The notes under the pieces are model-generated. The model made no database searches. It was not told where the DNA came from and saw only the letters and a list, made by a program, of their open reading frames with translations. From assembly GCA_965223855.1 (NCBI GenBank), contig CBDCXM010000009.1, positions 2,144,001 to 2,208,000 on the forward strand: a DNA stretch of 64,000 nucleotides, given 5' to 3'. Below are positions 39,193-50,200 of this stretch, in pieces. This stretch comes from Candidatus Multivoradales bacterium (lineage in GTDB: Bacteria > Acidobacteriota > Thermoanaerobaculia > Multivoradales > JAHEKO01). The position numbers were made by a program, and so were the translations under genes. The first letter of the stretch is position 1; each line of letters starts with the position of its first letter.

Positions 39193-40362
39193 TCAGGGGC
39201 GCGGACCGCTCGTTTCTTCCAGCGCTTCCTCCAGCGCCTCTTCCTGTGCCGCCTCTTCGACGGCCTCGTCGTAGCGAACCTCGATCCCCTTCTTCTGGCG
39301 ATTGCGGATCAGCCAGCGCAGCAACCGCGACTCGTCGATGCCGACGAGGATGTCCTGGAGCGCCAGGTAGATCTCCGGGTCGTTGATCAGCTGGGCGGCC
39401 GTGCCGTCGCCCTCCTCGAGCTTGCCGGCGATACGCGACAGCCTGTCGAGGAGCGATTCGAGGTCGCGGGTGACCTCGGTGCCGAACTGCTCGTCGTTCA
39501 GCAGCCGCGGCAGCAGACCGTCCCCCTCCTTGAGGGTCCGGGTGAGGTCGGCGAACTCGCTCGAGGCCGAGGCGAGCTCACGGATCGCCCGGTCGAGGGT
39601 CTCCTTGGTCTCCGCGTCGCGCAGCAGCGCCGGCAGCGCGCCGTCGCCGCTGTCGAAGGCGTCGAGAAGCGACTCGAGGCGGCCGATCGACGCCTCCAGC
39701 CGGATTGCCAGGGTGTCGTCGTGGAGCAGCCGACCGAGAGAGCCTTCGCCGCGCTCCGCCTTGGCGGTCATCGCCTCGATCGAGTCGAGGATGCCGAGCA
39801 CCTTGTCGCGGGCGAGGTTGCCCGACTCGCTGTCCGCCGTGAGCTGGCCGAGCACTCCCTCGCCGCGCTCCATCCGGGCGAGGATCTCGCGCAGCGAAAC
39901 CGAGATGGCGACGAAGTTGTCGACCGCGTTCTCGCCCGAGGCGATCAGCTCGTCGACATCGGTCTGCTCGGCGGCTCGGATCTCTCCACCGCTGGGGATG
40001 GCGGGCGAGCCCGGCGATCCCGAAGTGAGCTGGATGTACTTGTCGCCGAGCAGGCCGAGCGTCTTGATCCTCGCTTCAGAGTCGGTGCGCACCCGGTCGG
40101 CGTAGCGGCCGTCGAGCTGGATGTGGACCGTCAGGAGCCGCTCGTCGACTTCGGTCGGGAGCTCGATGTCCTCGACGCTGCCGACGGTGACGCCGTTGAG
40201 TTGCACCGGGTTGCCCGAGGCGAGCCCCGAGACCGTCCGGAACTGGACGGTGTAGTGGGCCTTGCGCGAGAACAGCTGGTTGCTCTCGCCGATGAGGAAG
40301 GTCCCGAGCGCCAGCACCGCCAGGCCCGCGGCGATCAGCGCGCCGACCTTGAGCTCACGCAA
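39193..40362 (-). CDS. mlaD: MlaD/MCE family protein
   Basis: N-terminal TM, VSGL..G.PV.LNGV.VG.V, GLLGDKYI.L..G, helical G.G.LG.L repeats. Confidence 0.9.
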   Translation of the reverse strand: MRELKVGALIAAGLAVLALGTFLIGESNQLFSRKAHYTVQFRTVSGLASGNPVQLNGVTVGSVEDIELPTEVDERLLTVHIQLDGRYADRVRTDSEARIKTLGLLGDKYIQLTSGSPGSPAIPSGGEIRAAEQTDVDELIASGENAVDNFVAISVSLREILARMERGEGVLGQLTADSESGNLARDKVLGILDSIEAMTAKAERGEGSLGRLLHDDTLAIRLEASIGRLESLLDAFDSGDGALPALLRDAETKETLDRAIRELASASSEFADLTRTLKEGDGLLPRLLNDEQFGTEVTRDLESLLDRLSRIAGKLEEGDGTAAQLINDPEIYLALQDILVGIDESRLLRWLIRNRQKKGIEVRYDEAVEEAAQEEALEEALEETSGPRP

Positions 40363-41113
40363 CTTCGGCCTCCTCGAAGCGCCCCTCGAGGAAGCGCAGC
40401 AGCTCGTCGTCGCCAGAGCTCTCCGCTTCCTCCCAGGTGCCGAGGAACCGGAACCGCCCCTCGGCGAGAAAGCCGATCCGGTCGGCGACCGATCGGGCGA
40501 GCGGAATGTCGTGGGTGACGATCACCGACGTCGTGCCGAACCGCTCCTGGGTGCTGAGAATCAGGTGGGCGATGGCGGCCGAGGTCACCGGGTCGAGCCC
40601 CGTGGTCGGTTCGTCGTAGAGGATCACCTCCGGGTCGAGAGCCAGCGATCGGGCGAGCGCCGCCCGCTTGCGCATGCCGCCCGACAGCGCTGACGGTGGC
40701 TTGTCTTCCACGCCCCGCAGGCCGACGGAGGCGAGTTTCTCGATAGCGATCCGTCGCACTTCGTCGACGTCGAGGTCGGAATGCTCCGAGAGCGGAAAGC
40801 CGACGTTCTCACCGACCGTGAGGGAGTCGAAGAGCGCGCCTCCCTGGAAGAGCATGGCGATCCGTCGCCGCACGGGGGAGAGCTGTCTTTCGTCCAGGGT
40901 CGAGATCTCCCGGCCGTCGAAGGTCACCGTGCCGCCGTCCGGTTTCTCGAGGCCGTTGAGCTGTCGCAGCAGCACGCTCTTGCCGGTGCCGGAGCGCCCC
41001 ATGACGACCAGGCACTCGCCCCGGAGGATGTCGAAGGAGAGCCCGGCAAGCACGTGCTTGTCTCCGTAGCTCTTCGACAGGTCGCGAATCTGGAACAGCG
41101 CCGAGGCGTCCAC
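40355..41113 (-). CDS. mlaF: MlaF-type ABC ATPase
   Basis: GRSGTGKS, FQGGALFDSLTV.ENV, LSGGMRKR, YDEPTTGLDP. Confidence 0.92.
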   Translation of the reverse strand: MDASALFQIRDLSKSYGDKHVLAGLSFDILRGECLVVMGRSGTGKSVLLRQLNGLEKPDGGTVTFDGREISTLDERQLSPVRRRIAMLFQGGALFDSLTVGENVGFPLSEHSDLDVDEVRRIAIEKLASVGLRGVEDKPPSALSGGMRKRAALARSLALDPEVILYDEPTTGLDPVTSAAIAHLILSTQERFGTTSVIVTHDIPLARSVADRIGFLAEGRFRFLGTWEEAESSGDDELLRFLEGRFEEAEVA

Positions 41114-41118
41114 GGGGT

Positions 41119-41883
41119 CTAGAAGAGCGTGTAGAACAGCTTGGTGAGGAAAAAATCAGCGACGAGAACGAGGATCGAGGCCATGACCACGGTGTTGGTC
41201 GTGGCGCGACCGACGCCGTCGGCACCACCCCGGGCGTGAAGGCCATTGTAGCAGCCGATGATGGCGATGAAGTAGGCGAAGAAGAAGGACTTGCCGATGC
41301 CGCTGAAGACATCCGACAGCGTCAGCGAGCCGAGCACGTCGTTGACGAAGAAGCCGGGTGTCAGGTCGAGCTGGAAGACCGCGATTGCCAGCCCGCCGAG
41401 GATGCCGAGCAGGTCGCCCAGGATCGTCAGCGCCGGCAGCATGACGAGGCTCGCCACCAGCTTCGGCACGACCAGCTTCTTGACCGGGTCTGCCGCCATC
41501 GAGCGCAACGCGTCGATTTGCTCGGTAACCTTCATCGTGCCGAGTTCGGCGGTCATGCCGGAGCCGATCCGCCCGCCGACGATGAGCGCCGTCAGCACCG
41601 GCCCGAGCTCGCGCACCAGGGACTTCGACACCACCGTGCCGATGTAGTACTTCACCCCCAGCGACGGCAGGCTGTAGGCGGTCTGGAGCGCCAGCACCAT
41701 GCCGGTGAAGACGGTGGTGATCGCCGCCACGCCGAGCGAGCGGACCCCGATCTGCTCCATCTCGCGGATCCACGCCTTCACCTCGTAGCGCGGCTTGAGC
41801 ATCGCGCGGAAGGCGGCGGCACTCAGCAGGCCGAGGGCGCCGACGTGGCGCAGGGCTGTCTGCGCGGAGGTGATCAGGTTCAT
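41119..41883 (-). CDS. mlaE: MlaE-type ABC permease
   Basis: GMVLALQ, RELGPVLTAL..GGR.GSG.TAELGTMKVTEQIDAL, GVGRATT. Confidence 0.94.
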   Translation of the reverse strand: MNLITSAQTALRHVGALGLLSAAAFRAMLKPRYEVKAWIREMEQIGVRSLGVAAITTVFTGMVLALQTAYSLPSLGVKYYIGTVVSKSLVRELGPVLTALIVGGRIGSGMTAELGTMKVTEQIDALRSMAADPVKKLVVPKLVASLVMLPALTILGDLLGILGGLAIAVFQLDLTPGFFVNDVLGSLTLSDVFSGIGKSFFFAYFIAIIGCYNGLHARGGADGVGRATTNTVVMASILVLVADFFLTKLFYTLF

Positions 41884-42245
41884 CGATGGTGGAGCCGTTG
41901 AAAGACCAGTTGGCTGAGGCCGATCGCCGCCCAGACAATGTGCCGGTTGTGGAGCATGCCCTCGATGAGGCCGCTGGCCGCGGGTAGCAGGAAGGAAAGT
42001 GCGACGATCGGCACGAGCGGGCGGTAGCGGTGGAGGTCGTAGCAGGCGAGGACTTGCACGGCGCAGCGAGCTCCTGTGGCGCCGATGGCGAGACCCAAGC
42101 CGATCGGCTCGGAACCGTTCAGAAATCGCAGGTATGAGGAGAGACCGACGTCCACCAGCTGCAGGAAATCGCAAGCCGCTCCTGCGAGGAGACAGGTTCG
42201 CAACGCAATGCGAACGAACGGCACCGGCGCACTTCGAGTCGACAT
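41880..42245 (-). CDS. Small hypothetical membrane protein
   Basis: Hydrophobic ~121-aa ORF whose stop overlaps the mlaE start (ATGA); no family recognised. Confidence 0.5.
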   Translation of the reverse strand: MSTRSAPVPFVRIALRTCLLAGAACDFLQLVDVGLSSYLRFLNGSEPIGLGLAIGATGARCAVQVLACYDLHRYRPLVPIVALSFLLPAASGLIEGMLHNRHIVWAAIGLSQLVFQRLHHR

Positions 42246-42307
42246 CGAAGAGAGTCTAGCTTGTCGGGGAACCTTGGCTTTCCGGCCTCCGTGCATCCGC
42301 CGTTCCG

Positions 42308-43078
42308 TTGCCCTCAGTCACACCGCAGGCCTGGGTGCTGTACGATCTCTCGGTGCTCGGCACCCTGGTCGCCACGCTCGCCGGCAACCTCTACCTTCTG
42401 TTCGGGACGATCTTCTTCGCGTCGTTGGCCGTGGTGGCGGGTCTCGTCGATCGTTCGGGCAACACGACGTTTCGAATCGCGCGGTGCTGGAGCGCCGGCC
42501 TGCTCGCTGCCGCCGGGCTGCGTGTGGAGACGAGTCTCGAGGAGGGGCTGCCGCATCCCGGGCCGGTCGTCTACATGGCGAATCATCAGAGTCTGTTCGA
42601 CATCCCGGCTCTGCTGGTCTCCCTTCCCGGGCAGGCGCGGATGCTGGCGAAGCGCAGTCTGTTCCGGATTCCGATCTTCGGCTGGAGCCTGCGGCTCGGC
42701 GGGTTCATCGCCATCGATCGCGACAATCGCAGCAGCGCGAAAGAGAGCTTCGACGCCGCCGTGGCGAGGCTCGCAGCAGGCACCTCGGCGCTGATCTTCC
42801 CCGAGGGGACTCGCTCCCAGGACGGACGCCTGCTGCCGTTTCAGCGTGGCGGCCTGCTGCTGGCACTCAAGAGCGGCCTGCCGATCGTGCCGGTGGGAAT
42901 CCGCGGCACCCTCGAGGCACAGCCGGCCAGGAGCTTCGTCATCCGGCCCGGGAAGGTCGAGGTCGCCTACGGCCAACCGATCCCGACCGCCGGCCTGGGG
43001 GTGAGCGGTCGACGGGAGCTGGCCGCCACGATTCAGGGCGAGGTCGCTCGCCTGGCGCGCACCGAAGTCGCGCAGTAG
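42308..43078 (+). CDS. plsC: 1-acyl-sn-glycerol-3-phosphate acyltransferase (start uncertain)
   Basis: NHQSLFD, FIAIDR, IFPEGTRS, PIVPV. Confidence 0.92.
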   Translation: MPSVTPQAWVLYDLSVLGTLVATLAGNLYLLFGTIFFASLAVVAGLVDRSGNTTFRIARCWSAGLLAAAGLRVETSLEEGLPHPGPVVYMANHQSLFDIPALLVSLPGQARMLAKRSLFRIPIFGWSLRLGGFIAIDRDNRSSAKESFDAAVARLAAGTSALIFPEGTRSQDGRLLPFQRGGLLLALKSGLPIVPVGIRGTLEAQPARSFVIRPGKVEVAYGQPIPTAGLGVSGRRELAATIQGEVARLARTEVAQ

Positions 43079-43382
43079 GATCGGCGCTCGCCGGCGGTCC
43101 CGTCCGCGGACGGCCGGCGCTTCCCGCACGAAGGCCCACCTGCCGCCGAGAGGCCGCGTCCGGTCGGCTTAGCCCGAACTTCTCACACCACTGCACCCTG
43201 ACAGATCGTATGTCACTGAATCCACTGCGTTTTCCGGCCCCTGCGCACCTCGACGTAGCTACGGCTATGTCTCCGGTGCTCGCGTCCGGAAGCCTCGTAT
43301 CTCCAGCAACCTACGACCCGACAGGGCACACCGACGTGAGAAGTTCAGGCTATCTGTTACCGCCAACCCGAAGAGGATTCTG

Positions 43383-44459
43383 ATGGCCAACGAACTCGAG
43401 AACAAAGTCTGGGACCTGCTGCGCGAGGTCAAGTTCCCCGGCATGAGCCGCGACATCGTGTCGTTCGGTTTCGTCGACCGGGTGGCCGCTGTCGGCGACG
43501 ACGTGGTGGTCGATCTCGTCATCACCACGCAGAGCCGTCCGTCCGCGGAGGCGGTGCAGGACGAAGTGAGACGCCGGCTCGAGCAGGAGATCTCCGGGGC
43601 CGCCGTGCGCGTCGGTCTGGAGGTCCGGGCTCCGCAATCGGCGCCTCAGCAGGCGGTGTCGCAGGATCCCGACTTCCTCCCCGGCGTCGAGCACGTCGTC
43701 GCGGTGGCGAGCGGCAAGGGGGGGGTCGGGAAGTCGACCGTTTCGGCGAACCTCGCCGCGCGGCTGGCGCAGATGGGCAAACGTGTAGGGCTTCTCGACG
43801 CCGACATCTACGGCCCCTCCATGCCGATGATGTTCGGCATCGACGAGAAGCCACTGGTGCACGGCAACCGGCTGCAACCGTTCGATCGGCACGGCGTCCG
43901 GGTGATGTCGCTCGGCTTCATCCTCGACGTCGACACACCGGTCATCTGGCGCGGACCGATGGTGATGAAGGCGATCGAGCAGCTCCTGGGGGACGTCGAC
44001 TGGGGCGAGCTCGACTACATGATTGTCGATCTTCCGCCAGGCACGGGCGACGCCCAGCTCACCATCAGTCAGCGGGTGCCGCTGTCCGGGGCGGTGATCG
44101 TATCGACGCCGCAGGACATCGCCCTGATCGACGCCCGCAAGGGTCTGGCGATGTTCCGCAAAGTCAACGTTCCGGTGCTCGGGGTGGTCGAGAACATGTC
44201 CGGATTCGCCTGTCCGCACTGCGGCGAGACGACCAACATCTTCAAGACCGGCGGCGCGGCTCGTACCGCCGAGGTGCTCGGCTGCCCGTTCCTCGGCAGC
44301 ATCCCGCTCGATCCGGCGATCGTCGAAGGGGGCGACGCCGGCAGCCCGATCGTCGTGCTCCAGCCGGAAGGGGTACACGCCGACGCCTTCGGCGCCGTCG
44401 CCGAGGGTGTGATGCGTGAGGTCGCCGGGCAGGAGCGGCCTCAACTGACGATTTCGTGA
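43383..44459 (+). CDS. apbC: Mrp/ApbC (NBP35) Fe-S carrier ATPase
   Basis: N-terminal DUF59-like domain, SGKGGVGKST, DADIYGPS, WRGPM, DLPPGTGD, ENMS..CPHC. Confidence 0.95.
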   Translation: MANELENKVWDLLREVKFPGMSRDIVSFGFVDRVAAVGDDVVVDLVITTQSRPSAEAVQDEVRRRLEQEISGAAVRVGLEVRAPQSAPQQAVSQDPDFLPGVEHVVAVASGKGGVGKSTVSANLAARLAQMGKRVGLLDADIYGPSMPMMFGIDEKPLVHGNRLQPFDRHGVRVMSLGFILDVDTPVIWRGPMVMKAIEQLLGDVDWGELDYMIVDLPPGTGDAQLTISQRVPLSGAVIVSTPQDIALIDARKGLAMFRKVNVPVLGVVENMSGFACPHCGETTNIFKTGGAARTAEVLGCPFLGSIPLDPAIVEGGDAGSPIVVLQPEGVHADAFGAVAEGVMREVAGQERPQLTIS

Positions 44460-45139
44460 ACGATTCGGGTATCGCCCTGCTGGCCGACGCCCATCTCGGC
44501 GGCCCGGGCGGAGCGGCGCAGCCGCTGGTCGAACAGATCGACGCACTCGCCGACGCCGGCTGCCGGAGGCTGGTACTGCTGGGCGATCTCTTCCAGGTGT
44601 GGGTCGCCCATCCCGCCTACGAGACCGACGACGTGCGCCGCCTTCTGGCCGCCATCGATCGCCTGCGCGAGTCGGGCGTGCGGGTCGACTACATCGAGGG
44701 CAATCGCGACTTCTTCGTCGCGCGCTCCGGCTACGCTTCCCACTTCGACTCGGTCGGGACCGAGATCTCGTTCGAGGCGGGTGACAGGAGCTACCTCGTG
44801 GTGCACGGCGACGGGCTCAACGACCGCGACCGGCAGTACCTGTTCTGGCGCTGGCTGTCGAAGAGCGCTCCGGTGCGCTGGATGATGTTCCATCTGCCGC
44901 GGGCACTGGCACGGCGGTTGGTCCACCGCACCGAGGAGCGGCTCGCCGACACCAACTTCAAGCACAAGCAGAGGATCCCCGAGGAGGCGATCTGCCGCTA
45001 CGCCGAGCGACGCTTCCGGGAGGGGCACGATCGGTTGCTCCTGGGCCACTTTCACGAGCCGCGCCGCTGGGACGTGGACGGCGGCGTCGTGAGGCTGCTC
45101 GACGCCTGGTTCCGTTCGCGGGAGATCGAGTGGCTGTGA
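44456..45139 (+). CDS. lpxH: UDP-2,3-diacylglucosamine diphosphatase
   Basis: ADAHL, LGDLF, GNRDF, HGD, GHFH. Confidence 0.85.
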   Translation: MNDSGIALLADAHLGGPGGAAQPLVEQIDALADAGCRRLVLLGDLFQVWVAHPAYETDDVRRLLAAIDRLRESGVRVDYIEGNRDFFVARSGYASHFDSVGTEISFEAGDRSYLVVHGDGLNDRDRQYLFWRWLSKSAPVRWMMFHLPRALARRLVHRTEERLADTNFKHKQRIPEEAICRYAERRFREGHDRLLLGHFHEPRRWDVDGGVVRLLDAWFRSREIEWL

Positions 45140-45903
45140 GTCTCCGAGTCACGCTTCTCGGCACCGGCACTTCGAGCGGCATCCCGGTCATCGGCTGTCG
45201 GTGCGACGTCTGCACCTCCGACGACCCTCGCAACAGCCGCTTCCGTGCGGCGGCGAAGCTCGAGTACGACGACCGTGTGGTGCTCATCGACACGCCGCCA
45301 GACCTGAGACAGCAGGCGTTGCGGTTCGGACTCCCGCGTCTCGACGCGGTGCTCTTCACCCACGAGCATGCCGATCACGTCTTCGGCCTCGACGACATCC
45401 GGATCTTCAACTTCCGCCAACGTCAGTCGATCCCATGCTTCGGCTCCGAGCAGACGCTGGCGGCGTTGCGGAGGATCTTCTCCTACGCCTTCGAGGACGG
45501 GCAGGAGGGCGGCGGCAAGCCGCGGCTCGAGCTCGAGGCGGTGTCGACGCCGTTCGATCTGCACGGCCTCGAGATCGTGCCGGTTCCGGTGCTTCACGGT
45601 GCCCTGCCGGTCTACGGCTACCGGGTCGGTGGCTTCGCCTACCTGACGGACTGCAGCGAGATCCCGGAGCAGAGCTTCGAGCTCCTCGCGGGGCTCGAGG
45701 TCCTCGTTCTCGATGCTCTGCGCTACACCAGGCATCCGACCCACTTCAGCGTCGCCGAGGCGCTCGAGGTCGCGGCCCGCATCGGGGCCGCCAGGACCTA
45801 CCTGACCCACATGGCGCATGAGGTCGATCACTCGGCACCCGAGATCGATCTGCCCGCCGGAGTGGAGTTCGGCTATGACGGTCTGGTCGTCGATCTCGGC
45901 TGA
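45130..45903 (+). CDS. PhnP/YycJ-like MBL-fold hydrolase
   Basis: LGTGTSSGIP.IGC.C.VC.S, DTPPDLRQQ, THEHADH, YLTD, HPTH, THMAH, YDG. Confidence 0.9.
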   Translation: MAVSLRVTLLGTGTSSGIPVIGCRCDVCTSDDPRNSRFRAAAKLEYDDRVVLIDTPPDLRQQALRFGLPRLDAVLFTHEHADHVFGLDDIRIFNFRQRQSIPCFGSEQTLAALRRIFSYAFEDGQEGGGKPRLELEAVSTPFDLHGLEIVPVPVLHGALPVYGYRVGGFAYLTDCSEIPEQSFELLAGLEVLVLDALRYTRHPTHFSVAEALEVAARIGAARTYLTHMAHEVDHSAPEIDLPAGVEFGYDGLVVDLG

Positions 45904-47215
45904 TCCGGCGGCAGGCCGGGAGCGGCTCGAGATCCCGTCGGGCGGACGGGTCGAAGGCTCTCTCAGACCGCCACCGTCCAAGAGCCTGACGCAGCGCGCC
46001 TACAACCTGGCGCTGCTCGCCGGCGGACGCTCCATCATTCGCAGGCCGCTCGATTCGGAGGACTGTGCGGCGTTTCTGGCGGGCGTCCGTACGGCCGGTG
46101 CCGGCGTCGTCGTGAATGGCGACGAAGTCGCGATCGAAGCGCCGCGCGCGGTCGACGAAGGCCGGGCTGGCACCCGCGAGACGACGATCGACTGCGGCGC
46201 GTCCGGCACGATGATGCGCCTGCTGACCGCCGCCCTGACGGTGCTCCCGGGCCGCTGGCGGGTGACAGGGGCGCCGCGTCTCCTCGAACGGCCCCAGGCG
46301 GAGCTGCTGGAGGCGTTGACGTCACTGGGAGCGCGGGTCGAGAGGGCCGACGGTTCGCGGCACGGCCCGGTCGTCATCGAGGGGGGGACGCTCACGGGCG
46401 GCCACACCCGAATCTCGGCGCGACGCTCGAGCCAGTTCGTCTCGGCGTTGCTGATGGCGGGAGCGGCCACGGACGAGGGGCTCGAACTCACCGTCGAGGG
46501 GCTGACCTCGGCCCCCTACGTCGAACTGACCCTGGAGATGCTGGGGCGCTTCGGTGTCGAAGCCGGAAGGACCGCCACCGGCTTCGTCGTCGCGCCGCAG
46601 CGGCCGCGCGGCTCGACGATCGAGATCGAAGCAGATGCCTCCGCCGCCTGCTACGTCGCCGCGGCCGCTGCCCTCACGGGCGGCACGGTCCGCGTCGTCG
46701 GGCTGCGAGCCGGCTCCCGGCAGGGCGATATAGACTTCTTTCATCTATTGGAACGCATGGGAGCCCGTGTGCATTGGGCCGGGAGTGAGGTGTCGGTCTC
46801 GGGAGCAGTTCTCGGAGCGATCGACGCAGATCTGTCGGCGATGCCCGATCAGGTACCGACGTTGGCGGCGCTCGCACCGTTTGCCCGGGGCCGGACGGTG
46901 ATTCGCGGAGTCCCGCACCTGCGCTGGAAGGAGAGCGATCGTCTCGCCGCGATGGCCGGTGAGCTTCGTCGCCTCGGTGCCCCGGTCGAGGAGAGAACCG
47001 ACGGACTTGCCATCGACGGCTGCTGGGCGATGGACGAAGGGGCGGAGCCGCCCACCGAGAGCGTTCTCGTCGAGACGCATGACGACCACCGGATCGCCAT
47101 GAGCCTCGCCGTCGTCGGGTTGCGCCGGACCGGACTGGTCCTCGACCGACCGGCGGTCGTGGCGAAGTCATACCCGGGCTTCTGGCGCGACCTCGCTTCG
47201 GTGGTCGTCCTTTGA
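45875..47215 (+). CDS. aroA: EPSP synthase (start uncertain)
   Basis: PSKS..QR, GASGT..R, SSQFVSAL, SAPY...T, E.DAS, MPD, KESDR, DDHRIAM, KSYP.F. Confidence 0.94.
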   Translation: MTVWSSISADPAAGRERLEIPSGGRVEGSLRPPPSKSLTQRAYNLALLAGGRSIIRRPLDSEDCAAFLAGVRTAGAGVVVNGDEVAIEAPRAVDEGRAGTRETTIDCGASGTMMRLLTAALTVLPGRWRVTGAPRLLERPQAELLEALTSLGARVERADGSRHGPVVIEGGTLTGGHTRISARRSSQFVSALLMAGAATDEGLELTVEGLTSAPYVELTLEMLGRFGVEAGRTATGFVVAPQRPRGSTIEIEADASAACYVAAAAALTGGTVRVVGLRAGSRQGDIDFFHLLERMGARVHWAGSEVSVSGAVLGAIDADLSAMPDQVPTLAALAPFARGRTVIRGVPHLRWKESDRLAAMAGELRRLGAPVEERTDGLAIDGCWAMDEGAEPPTESVLVETHDDHRIAMSLAVVGLRRTGLVLDRPAVVAKSYPGFWRDLASVVVL

Positions 47216-50200
47216 ACGCCGCCTCTCGGACGCTGCTGCATCCGGCGCTGGCGCCCGCCGAGGGTGCAGCGCCGGGCAAGGCGGACCTCACCGATCGCAA
47301 GCGCCTCGGGGTGCTCCTGCAGGGTGTGGCGCTGATGGCTCACGCGGAGACGGCGGGTCTGTGGATTGCGGCTCCATGGTCGATGGCGCGCCTGACTGCA
47401 GCGGGCCGGCTGGCAGGAGTGCCGGTCTCCCCTGGCACCGACGTCGACCTCCCTCAACGCCGCGCGAGCGAACTTCTTCTGGAGGTCTTCGCCGCCGATC
47501 GTTCGGTGGCCGGTCGCGGCGAGGCGAGGAGCGTTGCGCGGCGTCTGCTCGAACTGTGGGAGCAGGACGTCGAACCGGTGGCGCCGTCACGCCTCGTCGA
47601 GCAGCTACTCGCGGCGTCGCCGTTCTTGTGGGACGACGAGTTCGCCGAGGATCGAACCGCCCTCGCCGCGGTGATCGACGGCGAGCTGTTCGTCGCCGGC
47701 CCGGGTGGTGCCAGGCGCCGGCTCCTCGAGGGTGCTCCCGACCTCGAGGCGGTTCAGTCGCGACTCGCCGGCACGGAGGCGCGAGCGCTGTGGGTCGGCA
47801 CCGATCGGCGCTCGCCGGTGGCGTGGGTCGAGGAAGGTCGCTGGTACCGCGCGCTCCTCGCCTGGGATCGGCGACCTCCGGAGAACGCCGCCCAGCGGTT
47901 TCATCATGCCCGCGCTCTCTATGCCGTGGGGCGTTTCGAGAGTGCGAAGCGCGAGCTGAAAGGGCTGCGTTCGATCGCGGCGAGGGTGTTGCGCCTCGGT
48001 TGCCAGTCGCGGCTGGGCGAACTCGAAGCGGTCAAGCGGGCTCTCGCTCGCTGGGCGGAGGCTCTGCCGGAGGGTGAGCCGAGGGTCGATCTGGTGGCGA
48101 TCGCGATCCGTCTCCATGCCAACCTCGGTGAAGCGGAGAAGGCGGCCGGCTGGATCGAGCCGGCTCTTCGCACGATCCGCGGTCGCTGGCGGCAGCGTCT
48201 CCGGTTGCTGGCTGCGGAGTGGTGCTGGGACCGGGGCGACGCCCGGGGCATGGAGTGCTACCTCGCGGAGTTCGACGGCGGGGAGATCGACGACGATCTG
48301 CGTTGGCGCCGCCACCACGTCGGAGCCCTGGCGGCGCTTCAGCAGGGGGAGGGCAGACGGGCTGTGCGCCGTCTCGAGTCGGCCCTTGCGATGCGTCGGG
48401 CCCTGCGGCCGTTCGAGGCCGCCGGGATCTGGAACGACCTCGCTCTGGCGCGCGCCCAGACCGGCGATCTCGGTGGCGCGCAGCGGGCGCTCTCTCACGT
48501 CGTGCGTCTGAGCGGCTATGCCCGCGGTAGCCGCCGCACGACCCTGGCGCTGTGCAACCTCGCCGAGGTGCGCCTGCGTCGCGGACAGGTCGCCGGGGGC
48601 CGCGAGATCGCACTTCGTTCGCTGTCGACCAACGAACGCACCGGCAACTGGCGAGCCTGGACCGAGGATCGCGCGCTGCTGGCGCGCTTCGAGCTGGTTC
48701 AGGGAAGGCCGGGGCGGGCGGTCGAGTGGATCGAGGAGACCCGCGAGCGCCTGGAGGAGGTGGGCGCTCCGGCCGAGGCGGCGTCGCTGGCGGTGCTCGA
48801 GGCGCGCGCACGGGGCTGGCTCGGTGAGCCGGAGGAGGCCGCGGCCGCCCTCGATGGCTGGCTCGAGGCCGTGGCGGAAGTCCTCGAACCGGAGGAGCTG
48901 CCGGCGCTGCTCGCGCTCGCCGGTCGGGTCGAAGAAGCGAAGGAGGCCGCGCAGCGCACCGACCAGGGTCTGTGGAGCAGCCTGCTGGCAGCCGAAGGCA
49001 CCTCCTGTGACTGGAGCCGGCTGGAGGATCTCGAGCCGTACCGCGCCGCCCGTCTGCTTTTCGACGTCCACCGCCTCGGGCTCGAACCACCGCCAGCGGC
49101 GGCAGCGGCACGGGCAGCTCGGGTCCTCGAACAGGTCGGAGCGGTCGCCTGGGCGGCAGAACTCCTCGGCCGGGACGAAGCCGCCCTCGAGGCGACGACC
49201 CGTTACCTCGAGTCCTCCGGGCCGTGGCAGGAGCGTCTGGGCGCGCTGGCGGAGGTGCTCGCTCCCGATGCCCGGGTCTCCTGGCGGGATGATGAGCGGG
49301 AGATCGTCCTCGTGGACGGGCCGGGAGGAGGCCAGGTGCTCGAGGAGTCGTGTCATGGCGGCCGCGCCCGCGTCGCCTCGCCATGGGCCGGAGTCGCCGA
49401 GCGGCTGCTCGTCGCCGTCACGGCGCGCGATCTGCCGCAGAACCTGGTCGCCGCTCCCCGCCGCGACGCCGGTCGCAGTCGTCATCGCAGCGCGATCCTC
49501 GGCACGAGCACCGTCCTGACGGCGGCCCTGGAGCGACTCGACCTGCTGGCCGGGCGCGAGCTTCCGGTGCTGATTCTCGGCGAGACCGGGACCGGCAAGG
49601 AACTCGCTGCCCGCCGCCTCCACGGTGCGTCGAGCCGCTCCTCGGGGCCGTTCGTTGCGGTCAACTGCGCCGAGCTCTCCGAGAACCTCCTCGTGTCGGA
49701 GCTCTTCGGCCATGTGCGCGGCGCCTTCACCGGTGCCGATCGCGATCGCGCGGGGATCTTCGAGACCGCCGCCGGCGGGGTGGTGTTCCTCGACGAGATC
49801 GGCGACCTGCCGCTGACGGCGCAGGGCAAGTTGCTGCGGGTACTCCAGGAGCGGGAGGTGCGGCGGGTGGGAGAGAGCGCGGCGCGGCCCGTGGACACCA
49901 GAGTCGTGGCCGCCACCCATCGCGACCTCGAGCGGCGGGTGGCGGAAAGGACGTTCCGCCAGGATCTGTGGTTTCGGCTCGGCGCCGGTGTCGTCACGCT
50001 TCCTCCGTTGAGAGAGCGTGGCGAGGATCTGTTCATCCTGGCGGAACACTTCCTCGCCGAGGAGACGGTCGCCGGCGGCCTGACCGCTGAGGCGCGTCGG
50101 GCGCTCGGTGCCCACAACTGGCCGGGGAACGTCCGCGAGCTTCGCAACGTGCTGGCGGTTGCAGCGGCGCTTTCCCGCGGTGAAACGATCGAGGTGGAGC

